A stretch of DNA of 64,000 nucleotides from a virus. Every line of letters starts with the position of its first letter. Positions within the stretch are counted from its first letter, which is position 1. The stretch spans positions 1 to 64,000 of IMG/VR virus record IMGVR_UViG_3300046000_004279; one strand, given 5' to 3'. The notes beneath the pieces are model-generated. The model saw only the letters and a program-made list of their open reading frames with translations. It had not been told where the DNA came from and made no database searches. Both the position numbers and the translations under genes were made by a program. Shown here in pieces: positions 45,927 to 53,735 of this stretch.

Positions 45927-45995
45927 TGCTCCTACAAGTGGTTATGCGGTTGTTCGAGCAACTGCATGTGGGATCGTTCCCCACTAGGAGTAACA
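45927..45995 (+). ncRNA. D-armless tRNA mimic
   Basis: TGCTCCTA/TAGGAGTA acceptor-like stem; 10-bp helix with TCGA loop; T-arm GTGGG-ATCGTTC-CCCAC; ends ACA. Confidence 0.6.
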
Positions 45996-46000
45996 AGTTT

Positions 46001-46085
46001 GGGAGTGACGCATCAAGGTGATGCAGCAGACTGTAAATCTGTGGCGGAAGCGCAACGTTGGGTTCGATTCCCTTCACTCCCACCA
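46001..46085 (+). tRNA. tRNA-Tyr(GTA)
   Basis: GCAGA-CTGTAAA-TCTGT; variable arm; CCA. Confidence 0.88.
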
Positions 46086-46092
46086 ACACCAT

Positions 46093-46167
46093 GCAGCATT
46101 TGATTTCTGGTGAGATCGCTATCCTTTCAAGATAGAGAGACGGGATCGTAACCCGTATGCTGTACCA
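46093..46167 (+). tRNA. tRNA-Glu(TTC)
   Basis: CTATC-CTTTCAA-GATAG; T-loop ATCGTAA; CCA. Confidence 0.85.
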
Positions 46168-46170
46168 ATT

Positions 46171-46247
46171 GCCTCCATAGCTCAGCTGGATAGAGTACTG
46201 GTCTTCGAAACCATGGGTCGGGAGTTCGAATCTCTCTGGGGGCTCCA
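46171..46247 (+). tRNA. tRNA-Arg(TCG)
   Basis: CTTCGAA loop; CCA. Confidence 0.88.
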
Positions 46248-46254
46248 TAACAAT

Positions 46255-46329
46255 GCTGGATAAGGTGTAACGGTTGCACTCCTGATTGTGAGTCAGGCAG
46301 ATGTGGTTCGACTCCACTATCCAGTACCA
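46255..46329 (+). tRNA. tRNA-His(GTG), A73 and no G-1
   Basis: CCTGA-TTGTGAG-TCAGG; T at position -1. Confidence 0.88.
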
Positions 46330-46334
46330 AGAAT

Positions 46335-46409
46335 GCGGGTGTAACTCAGGGGTAGAGTACTTCGTTGCCAACGAAGCTGTCGTGGGTTCAAATCCCACCA
46401 CCCGCTCCA
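46335..46409 (+). tRNA. tRNA-Gly(GCC)
   Basis: GCGGGTG/CACCCGC; U73; CCA. Confidence 0.92.
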
Positions 46410-46451
46410 ATATATTATTATAAATATCTTAACATTAGTTAGGAGAATAGT

Positions 46452-46889
46452 ATGAAGAAGTTGTTATTGGTAGCGTTACTGCTACTGCCATCCATTGCTT
46501 TCGCTGAGAAGAAACCAGAAGGCGTAGTACACGATCTAAAGATCATTCGCGTGATTGATGGTGACACTGTAGAGTTTGAAGCACCATTCCTTATTGATCC
46601 ATTGCCTAAGAAGCTATCAATTCGTGTATGGGGTGTTGACACTCCTGAAAAGTCTTTCCGCGCTAAGTGCGAGAAAGAAGCAGCAATGGGTGCAGAAGCT
46701 TCCAAGTTCACAAAGGATCTTCTTGCCAATGCCAAGACCACACAGATCTCAATCTACGAATGGGATAAGTATGGTGGAAGAGTTCTTGGAGATGTTATCA
46801 TTGACGGTAACAGCTTAACGAAGATGTTGCTAGACAAAGGTTATGCTCGTGAATACTATGGTGATGCAAAACAATCTTGGTGTGAGTGA
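46452..46889 (+). CDS. Thermonuclease (SNase-like), exported
   Basis: RVIDGDT, IRVWGVDTPE, DKYGGRVLG; signal peptide; late promoter at 46419. Confidence 0.9.
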   Translation: MKKLLLVALLLLPSIAFAEKKPEGVVHDLKIIRVIDGDTVEFEAPFLIDPLPKKLSIRVWGVDTPEKSFRAKCEKEAAMGAEASKFTKDLLANAKTTQISIYEWDKYGGRVLGDVIIDGNSLTKMLLDKGYAREYYGDAKQSWCE

Positions 46890-46895
46890 AAACAG

Positions 46896-47204
46896 ATGCT
46901 TTTAGATATTACACCGAACGCCAAAGAATATCTCACTAAGATGACTGAAGATAACGGTAAGCGATATGTTTACCTTAATGTCAAGGGCGGTGGGTGCAGT
47001 GGGTTCAAATATGAATGGAACTTTACTGATGAAACCGACAAAGGTGCGTTGGTACAAGACATTCTTGTCTTGGATGCTATGGCTGAAATGTTTGTATTTG
47101 GTTGTACTGTGGATTACATTCGCGAGTTAGGCGGTAACTATCTCACAGTATTGAATCCTAACGCAAAAGCAAAATGTGGCTGCGGCGAAAGCTTTGGCAT
47201 ATGA
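46896..47204 (+). CDS. iscA: Fe-S cluster A-type carrier (IscA/HesB)
   Basis: GGGCSGFKY, NPNA..CGCGESF. Confidence 0.92.
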   Translation: MLLDITPNAKEYLTKMTEDNGKRYVYLNVKGGGCSGFKYEWNFTDETDKGALVQDILVLDAMAEMFVFGCTVDYIRELGGNYLTVLNPNAKAKCGCGESFGI

Positions 47205-47210
47205 TTAGTG

Positions 47211-47283
47211 AAAATAACTGTTGACATTTGGTTCAGAATAATGTATAAGTATACATGTAAGACGAATCAATGCTCTTTGAAAA
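47211..47283 (+). promoter_or_regulatory. sigma70 promoter plus boxA-like element (leader 2)
   Basis: AAAATAACTGTTGACATTTG identical to leader 1; TATAAG -10; TGCTCTTTGAAAA at 47271. Confidence 0.7.
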
Positions 47284-47298
47284 TTTAGAAACAGAAGT

Positions 47299-47393
47299 GA
47301 TTCTGTTTTCACATGCATCCTGTGAATGAGGGTAGGCCACCCAACACTTTGCGGACTACGCAGAAATGCTGGGGTGCATGTGAAAACAGAGTT
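47299..47393 (+). ncRNA. Structured RNA inside a ~23-bp closing stem
   Basis: GATTCTGTTTTCACATGCATCCT/GGGGTGCATGTGAAAACAGAGTT enclosing two small hairpins. Confidence 0.6.
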
Positions 47394-47394
47394 T

Positions 47395-47471
47395 TGCGGG
47401 GTAGACTGGAGGTGGTTCCAGCACGGTCTCATAAGCCGAATACGTAGGTTCGATTCCTGCCCCCGCCACCA
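47395..47471 (+). tRNA. tRNA-Met(CAT), initiator-like
   Basis: 1:72 mismatch (T.C); CTCATAA loop; CCA. Confidence 0.85.
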
Positions 47472-47477
47472 AAATAC

Positions 47478-47567
47478 GGAGAGCTGGGCGAGTGGTTTAT
47501 GCCTGCAGTCTTGAAAACTGCCGAACGGTGAAACGTTCCGTGAGTTCGAATCTCACGCTCTCCGCCA
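47478..47567 (+). tRNA. tRNA-Ser(TGA)
   Basis: GCAGT-CTTGAAA-ACTGC; long V-arm; G73. Confidence 0.93.
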
Positions 47568-47878
47568 GAATTCGATGGACGGCGTAGTTACACGGTCTTA
47601 GACGCCTCTCGTAGAAGCGCAACATCTAAGACGAGGTCGGGAGAGATGCTTCCCATATAGTCATACCCGCCCGTTTGGCGGTCCACTATATGGGGTATAA
47701 AGCTGATCATAACCTTGGGAACCCGTGCGCTGAAAAGGGGATGCATACCCGTTTCCATCGAACTTTATACGGAGTCAGTAGTGTGTCGGCTCGTTTTGAG
47801 GTTACAGATCTTATACCGTTGAAGGATAAGCACACCACTACTTCTGCGAAAGGCTTAGATCCCCTTTCGTATGAATTC

Positions 47879-47951
47879 GGGGCGGGTAATGGGTTACGGG
47901 TGATCCTTGCAAGATTGCTGTCGTTGGGTTCGATTCCCAATTGCTCCACCA
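47879..47951 (+). tRNA. tRNA-Ala(TGC), reduced D loop
   Basis: G3-U70; CTTGCAA loop; CCA. Confidence 0.82.
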
Positions 47952-47955
47952 AATT

Positions 47956-48029
47956 GGCCCATTGATGAAGTGGTATCATACCGGATTGTCTATCCGAGGT
48001 TGCGAGTTCGATTCTCGCATGGGTCGCCA
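47956..48029 (+). tRNA. tRNA-Asp(GTC)
   Basis: TTGTCTA loop (unusual U37); G73; CCA. Confidence 0.87.
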
Positions 48030-48220
48030 AACTTGGGGCTAGCCGCCCAAGACCAGTGTCAGAGAATTTCTTGTTACAACGCTGACACTTTAATAAACTC
48101 TGGTATACAAGCGTGCCTGTCGACGATAATAGATGGGGGTTTTAGTTATATTCCACCCTTAAGAAATATGACGGGTAGTGATGCAACCTAGAAGGGGTGG
48201 CTCCCAGCATCGTAAATTAC

Positions 48221-48294
48221 GGTCTGTTAGTTCAATGGTAGAACATCGTCTTTACACGGCGACTACGCGGGTTCGATTCCCCCACAGACTACCA
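48221..48294 (+). tRNA. tRNA-Val(TAC)
   Basis: TCGTC-TTTACAC-GGCGA; CCA. Confidence 0.9.
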
Positions 48295-48300
48295 GATAAT

Positions 48301-48376
48301 GCCTTGGTGGTGAAATGGTAAACACACCGGTCTTAGAAACCGCAAGCTGAGAGTTCGAGTCTCTCCTGAGGCACCA
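48301..48376 (+). tRNA. tRNA-Leu(TAG), short variable loop
   Basis: CTTAGAA loop; CCA. Confidence 0.85.
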
Positions 48377-48395
48377 ATAAATTTAGGAATAGATA

Positions 48396-49529
48396 ATGAA
48401 GTCCAATGTGATACAAGATGAAATCACTGCTGAAATCAGCAAGATTTTTGACTATAAGTTTGACGGGACAACTGAGTTTGTTCCACCGTCAATTGGAATG
48501 ATTGATAAAGAGACAACACTGAAAGACTTCAACATTGGCTTGATAGTCGGACCATCGGGATCTGGCAAGAGTACGATGTTAAAGGATTTCGGTGTTGAAG
48601 TCGATCCTCAATGGGATCCTGATCTCTGCGTTGCATCTCATTTTGAAAATGTGAAACAAGCACAAGAACGTTTAGGTGCAGTTGGGTTCAATAGTATTCC
48701 AAGTTGGCTTCGCCCTTATCATGTTTTGTCTAACGGTGAACAGTTTCGCGCTCGTTTGGCTCGTCAACTAGATAACAATGTAGTGGTGGATGAGTTCACT
48801 TCTGTCATTGATCGTGATGTTGCTAAGAGTTGTTCAAATGCAATTCATCGTTACATCCATGCAAATGGTTTGAAGAACATCGTCTTTTCATCCTGTCATT
48901 ATGACATTATTGAGTGGTTACGTCCAGATTGGGTATTTGATACTCAAACTGGTAAATTGACCACAAGGAGGTTTGAAAGGCCAGCCATCGTTTTGGAAAT
49001 CCTACCTTGTTCCACCAAAGCTTGGTCATTGTTCAGCGACCATCACTATCTTGACGGGGACATCAATAAAAGTTCACGATCTTGGATCGTCACGTGGAAC
49101 AACCGACCTGTCGGCTTTCTTTCAAGTTTAGCGATGCCTAGTGGTAGTCTTAAGAACGCTTGGAGAGGTCACAGAACTGTCGTTCTACCTGAGTTTCAAG
49201 GTTTGGGTATTGGTGCTAGAATGACCGAAGCTTTAGGTGAGATGCACATCAGAGAAGGCAAAAGGTTCTTCACAAAGACCGCACATCCGCGCTTAGGTGA
49301 GTATCGTAATGCGTCTGACCTTTGGAGATCGACAAGTAAAAACGGGATCTTGAGAAACGACTACAAACACATATCAACTGATGGTTTACCAAACCCTCGT
49401 GGCGCTGGTTACAGTCGTAAGTTTACAAAAGAATATCTGGCTAAACACGCTGACAGAGTGTGTTACAGTCACGAATACATAGGAAATACAACGGATCGTG
49501 GGCTGGATGGTAAAGCAGCAGTTTGCTAA
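48396..49529 (+). CDS. ABC-type ATPase fused to a GNAT/Mom-like acyltransferase
   Basis: GPSGSGKS, LSNGEQFR, VDEFTS; HHYL, RTVVLPEFQGLGIG. Confidence 0.85.
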   Translation: MKSNVIQDEITAEISKIFDYKFDGTTEFVPPSIGMIDKETTLKDFNIGLIVGPSGSGKSTMLKDFGVEVDPQWDPDLCVASHFENVKQAQERLGAVGFNSIPSWLRPYHVLSNGEQFRARLARQLDNNVVVDEFTSVIDRDVAKSCSNAIHRYIHANGLKNIVFSSCHYDIIEWLRPDWVFDTQTGKLTTRRFERPAIVLEILPCSTKAWSLFSDHHYLDGDINKSSRSWIVTWNNRPVGFLSSLAMPSGSLKNAWRGHRTVVLPEFQGLGIGARMTEALGEMHIREGKRFFTKTAHPRLGEYRNASDLWRSTSKNGILRNDYKHISTDGLPNPRGAGYSRKFTKEYLAKHADRVCYSHEYIGNTTDRGLDGKAAVC

Positions 49530-49580
49530 ACTGTACTACCTGTAAGGGTAGAGTGGGTTCGATTCCCACACGATCCGCCA
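49493..49580 (+). tRNA. tRNA-Ser(GCT)
   Basis: GCAGT-TTGCTAA-ACTGT; V-arm; G73; overlaps the 3' end of the upstream CDS. Confidence 0.9.
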
Positions 49581-49756
49581 TATAAATAATCTCATGTTCA
49601 AAAAGATTTGGTCCATTCTCTTGCCATTGACTGTCATAGTTAACTTTGGTTTAGCTATCAGTAACTTAATATCCACTAGATCAAACCATTTTATGTTGAT
49701 CGACCTATTGACTTTACATCAATCAAGCACTATATTAAGTAAGTAGAGACAGAGAG

Positions 49757-50287
49757 ATGACCATGACAAACTTCAATTCTTTTGTGACAAACTTTTCGGA
49801 GAGTGCATCGATTGAAAAATCTATGCAAGAAAAGATCTCCAAGGCATTTGCCGAATTGAATGCTAAGTTGATCAAATCTGATCAAGAGTGGGCCAAGAAA
49901 AAGATCGAAGGGTTCCAAGACCACATGAAAAAATGGGATGCAGATCACACCAAATACGCCGATTACAAACTTCGTGGTCCTGAAGTTATCAAATATTGGG
50001 GCAGTGAAGCGATGATGAAACTGATTGCGAGTCGTGGTCTTCAAGGCGGTCTTGATAACATGATGAAAAACACTCATGCTCTTATCGCAAAAAGAGACAA
50101 TCAGATTGTCGCGGCTCTACGTAAGAATAAGATCGACGGCATTCCCGATTTTGAACTGAAACACAATAGTGATGGTTACGAAGGCAGTTTCAAAGTTGGT
50201 GATCACAATGTTAACATCCGCACAATCGTTGCTGGTGGGTACAACATTCAAAGAATGCACATGCGAACGTTAATAAAAGTACAGTAA
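49757..50287 (+). CDS. Hypothetical early protein
   Basis: Early promoter; TIVAGGYNIQRMH.R motif. Confidence 0.75.
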   Translation: MTMTNFNSFVTNFSESASIEKSMQEKISKAFAELNAKLIKSDQEWAKKKIEGFQDHMKKWDADHTKYADYKLRGPEVIKYWGSEAMMKLIASRGLQGGLDNMMKNTHALIAKRDNQIVAALRKNKIDGIPDFELKHNSDGYEGSFKVGDHNVNIRTIVAGGYNIQRMHMRTLIKVQ

Positions 50288-50355
50288 AGCTAAAATAACT
50301 CTTGACTCTTGCTTAGAGATGCACTATATTGATACTGTAGTAAAGAGGAAAACAC

Positions 50356-50766
50356 ATGTACACGTTCGACGAATCAATTGTTTCTGATCTGCACAAAGAC
50401 ACTTACGGCTTCCGCCCTGACAGTGCTTTCTGGTCTAACTGGAATGTCTCCTCAGATGCTGGCAAACAGTACATCTGGGATTGTCTGCTCGAAGCTTTCG
50501 CCCACACCATTGAGATTAATGCTAACGAGGATATCGCTGCGATCAATGCTTTCGAGCTTGAGATTGCAAACACGATTGATCTTGGTGCTACTTCGCGTGA
50601 AGTCGCTATTCGTTGGATCATTGAGTCGATGGGTCTGACTGAGACCGATTTGGTGTACGGTGGCAGTTATGTCTGTTTCTTGAAGAAACTACCGTATTCA
50701 ATGGCTCCGTTGTTTGATAACGCGATTCGTGATCTTGAAAGTAACTTCATCAAAGAGGATGCATAA
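50356..50766 (+). CDS. Hypothetical early protein
   Basis: SDLHKDTYGFRP motif; GAGGA RBS. Confidence 0.75.
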   Translation: MYTFDESIVSDLHKDTYGFRPDSAFWSNWNVSSDAGKQYIWDCLLEAFAHTIEINANEDIAAINAFELEIANTIDLGATSREVAIRWIIESMGLTETDLVYGGSYVCFLKKLPYSMAPLFDNAIRDLESNFIKEDA

Positions 50767-50984
50767 TGTTGGAAACTATCTCTGCGGGTGAACTGTGTAT
50801 GGGCATTCTTGAATCAGAATTCCATCGCCCGTTGATCAATGGTAAAGCGAATCGTGAGAACATTGAAGATGCAATCACGATTGGCATGATGGAAAAGAAA
50901 CTTGGGTATGTGTCGCAAGAGACTGTTGACATTGCAATTGCTTTGGTCAACGATTTGCTAGCCCTACATAATGTAAAAGAATAA
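50766..50984 (+). CDS. Hypothetical protein
   Basis: GAGGA RBS; coupled. Confidence 0.65.
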   Translation: MLETISAGELCMGILESEFHRPLINGKANRENIEDAITIGMMEKKLGYVSQETVDIAIALVNDLLALHNVKE

Positions 50985-50988
50985 CCGT

Positions 50989-51064
50989 TTCCAGTTAGCT
51001 CAGTTGGTAGAGCATCTGACTGTTAATCAGAGGGTCGCTGGTTCGAGCCCAGCACTGGGAGCCA
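50989..51064 (+). tRNA. tRNA-Asn(GTT)
   Basis: TCTGA-CTGTTAA-TCAGA; U1-A72; G73. Confidence 0.93.
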
Positions 51065-51071
51065 AATATAT

Positions 51072-51146
51072 CAGGGTGTAGCTCAGTGGTAGAGTGCTTC
51101 ACTTGGAATGAAGAAGTCGCAAGTTCAATCCTTGTCACCCTGACCA
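51072..51146 (+). tRNA. tRNA-Pro(TGG)
   Basis: CTTCA-CTTGGAA-TGAAG; C1-G72. Confidence 0.92.
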
Positions 51147-51168
51147 AATATACGTCAACACTATTGGT

Positions 51169-52293
51169 ATGAATAAAATGATTTTGAATCCAAACGATGC
51201 TTTGTATGCATATGGTAAAATAAACGAAGCGTATGGTTCTATCAATCGTATTGACGATTATTTTAGAATGAAGAAACTTGAACGGATCAAACACCTTCCT
51301 ACGCCCTTGTTTGGGTTTTCGATGGAAGATGAGATGTTTCAATCATACGATATGTCTCCTGATGATATGAATTTCAAAGTTGTTCAACTGAAAAATCAAA
51401 CCTTCAATACTTTGTTGGAGATGACGGCTTCATTCACTTATGAAGACGCCCCTGGTAAAGAACTAAAGCTTGCAATTCAAGAAACCACAACTGGTAAGTA
51501 TGTTGGGTTTATCAAGTTAGGATCTCCTCTAATCAACTCCAAACCAAGAAACGATTACTTAGGTGATGTTCCTGAGTTCTCTCGTTTCAACAAACATGCA
51601 ATTATGGGGTTTATCATTGTTCCTGTTCAACCGTTTGGGTATAACTATCTCGGCGGTAAACTACTCAGCCTTATCTGTGCAAGTCACGAGATACGTGAGA
51701 TGATAAACAAAAAATACAATTGTAATATCTGTTTGTTTGAAACTACTTCACTGTATGGCAATATCAAAGGAACATCTCAGTATGATGGTCTCAAGCCCTA
51801 CTTGCGGTATCTTGGCGATACACAGTCTAAGTTTCTGTTAACTCTTCCTGATTCTATATACCATGATCTATACAAGTGGTTCAAAGATAAAAACAATGGT
51901 GAAGAACTGATTCACAAAGGTGCGTCTAGCAGAAAACTAAAAATTCAGACTAAGATGATTTCAATCATTAAACACTCTTTGAAAGAACATCATCCAGATA
52001 AGTATACAGAGTTTGTGGAGTTTATCAAAAATCGTGAAGAAGTCACAACTCAAAAAAGGTTCTACATGTCTGACTATGGGTTCTCAAACGTAAAAGATGT
52101 TTTGACTGGAAAGACTGATACATTGGTCCCGAATCCAGAGAACTATGACAAGTTCTATCTTGATAATCTTATAAAGTGGTGGAAGAACAAAGCTACAAAC
52201 AGATTTAACCGATTGAAAGAAACGGATTGTTTGCGTACCAATCTTGAGGTTTGGAACGAGGATACGATCAACACGATTGATATTATCAGATAA
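51169..52293 (+). CDS. DUF4338/DruA-like protein
   Basis: PFGYNYLGGKLL, ETTSLYG, SQYDG motifs. Confidence 0.65.
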   Translation: MNKMILNPNDALYAYGKINEAYGSINRIDDYFRMKKLERIKHLPTPLFGFSMEDEMFQSYDMSPDDMNFKVVQLKNQTFNTLLEMTASFTYEDAPGKELKLAIQETTTGKYVGFIKLGSPLINSKPRNDYLGDVPEFSRFNKHAIMGFIIVPVQPFGYNYLGGKLLSLICASHEIREMINKKYNCNICLFETTSLYGNIKGTSQYDGLKPYLRYLGDTQSKFLLTLPDSIYHDLYKWFKDKNNGEELIHKGASSRKLKIQTKMISIIKHSLKEHHPDKYTEFVEFIKNREEVTTQKRFYMSDYGFSNVKDVLTGKTDTLVPNPENYDKFYLDNLIKWWKNKATNRFNRLKETDCLRTNLEVWNEDTINTIDIIR

Positions 52294-52314
52294 ACTATAC
52301 TATATAATCATATT

Positions 52315-52389
52315 GCGGGAGTAGCTCAGTGGTAGAGCGCTATCCTTCCAAGTTAGATGTCGTGGGTTCGACCCCCATCTCCCGCTCCA
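52315..52389 (+). tRNA. tRNA-Gly(TCC)
   Basis: CTTCCAA loop; U73; CCA. Confidence 0.92.
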
Positions 52390-52394
52390 ATTTC

Positions 52395-52470
52395 GCTTCC
52401 TAAGCATTGCTGGCGATGCAACGGTTTTGTAGTCCGAAGATAGAGTGTTCGATTCACTCAGGAAGCACCA
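52395..52470 (+). tRNA. tRNA-Thr(TGT)
   Basis: TTTGTAG loop; weak anticodon stem; CCA. Confidence 0.8.
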
Positions 52471-52491
52471 TTTTACATTATAGGAGTTACA

Positions 52492-52854
52492 ATGGCATAC
52501 TGGGGTTATCACGCGATCTTCGATTGCGCTGCTTGTGATATTGGTCTTATCACTAGCGAGAAAAATGTTTACAATTTCATTAAAGAACTTGTCCCTGCGA
52601 TTGATATGGTAGCCTACGGTGAGCCAATGATCAAACACTTTGCTACTCACGCTATCGACAAAGCTGGTATCAGCTTCTGTCAGATGATTGAGACTAGCAG
52701 CATTACTGGGCACCTTGTTGATGCAAACGGTGATGCATATATTGACATCTTCTCTTGTAAGCCAGTTGATATTGGCATTGCTCAAGATGTTATCACTAAG
52801 TATTTCAAGCCATCTAAAGTTCGAGTTAATTTCCTCACTCGCAGTGCTGGATAA
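52492..52854 (+). CDS. speD: S-adenosylmethionine decarboxylase proenzyme-like protein
   Basis: WGYH..FD, IETSSITGH (pyruvoyl site), YIDIFSCK. Confidence 0.82.
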   Translation: MAYWGYHAIFDCAACDIGLITSEKNVYNFIKELVPAIDMVAYGEPMIKHFATHAIDKAGISFCQMIETSSITGHLVDANGDAYIDIFSCKPVDIGIAQDVITKYFKPSKVRVNFLTRSAG

Positions 52855-52922
52855 TCATACAATTTAGTATTAACGCCCCGTAGCTTATGGCTACGGGGTT
52901 GAACTCGTTTATAAGTAGCAGT

Positions 52923-53735
52923 ATGACAAGAACAACACCTTTACCATTCTATCGACCTGAAGATCCATTCTTCTTATATCATGATCTGTATCCAACAAAT
53001 CAGGTAAAGCTGTGGTTGGATATTTCAACACATTGCAATGCAAAATGCCCACAATGTCACAGAACAGATGCTAATGGATTAGGTAAATCCGATTGGTTAC
53101 CTGTTGTGCAGTGGTCTTTTGAACAATTCAAGTTTGCATTTCCTCCCAAGACTCTACAGATGTTCAAAGAGATTCAGATCTGCGGTACGTGGGGTGATCC
53201 TATGATGAACAAAGACATCTATGAGATCATGGAATACATTATGGATAACAGCCGAGGAATCCACGTACTGTTGAACACCAATGGCAGTATTCGTGACGAA
53301 GAGTGGTGGTGGAAGTTCGGCACAAAGGTCCGTAACCGTTGCACAGTGTTCTGGGCAATTGAGGGGATCACCAACGAACAACATGCAATGTATCGTCAGA
53401 ACACCGACCTTGATAAGGTTCTACGCAACATGGAATCGTTCTCTGCTGCTGGTGGCATAAGCGAAGTATTTACAGTTGTGTTTAAGCACAATGAGAAAGA
53501 TATGTACAACATCGCCAAGGTTAGCAAAGACCTCGGTGCAAGGCAGATCATGTTTGTTCAGTCAAATAGGTTCTACAGACATTCTAAGTTTGACTTTGTT
53601 GATGATCAAGGTGTTGAACAGTCACTATATAGAGCAGAACTACCACCCAACAAAGAGTTCTATTGGAAATCGTGGGATTTGAATAACCCTGTTGCTATGG
53701 AGATTATAAAGAATGAAGCCAGTCGAACGCAATAA
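52923..53735 (+). CDS. Radical SAM protein (core only)
   Basis: CNAKCPQC, GTWGDP, NTNGS; TATAAGTA late-like promoter at 52910. Confidence 0.88.
   Translation: MTRTTPLPFYRPEDPFFLYHDLYPTNQVKLWLDISTHCNAKCPQCHRTDANGLGKSDWLPVVQWSFEQFKFAFPPKTLQMFKEIQICGTWGDPMMNKDIYEIMEYIMDNSRGIHVLLNTNGSIRDEEWWWKFGTKVRNRCTVFWAIEGITNEQHAMYRQNTDLDKVLRNMESFSAAGGISEVFTVVFKHNEKDMYNIAKVSKDLGARQIMFVQSNRFYRHSKFDFVDDQGVEQSLYRAELPPNKEFYWKSWDLNNPVAMEIIKNEASRTQ

Noticed and set aside
47676-47760. Hammerhead ribozyme or RNase P RNA
   Set aside because: Conserved cores (CUGAUGA...GAAA; GAGGAAAGUCC) are absent.
44694-48191. ORF-track entries overlapping tRNAs (e.g. 45874-46410 minus, 47707-48030 minus)
   Set aside because: Shadow translations of tRNA and ncRNA sequence, with no RBS or protein motifs.
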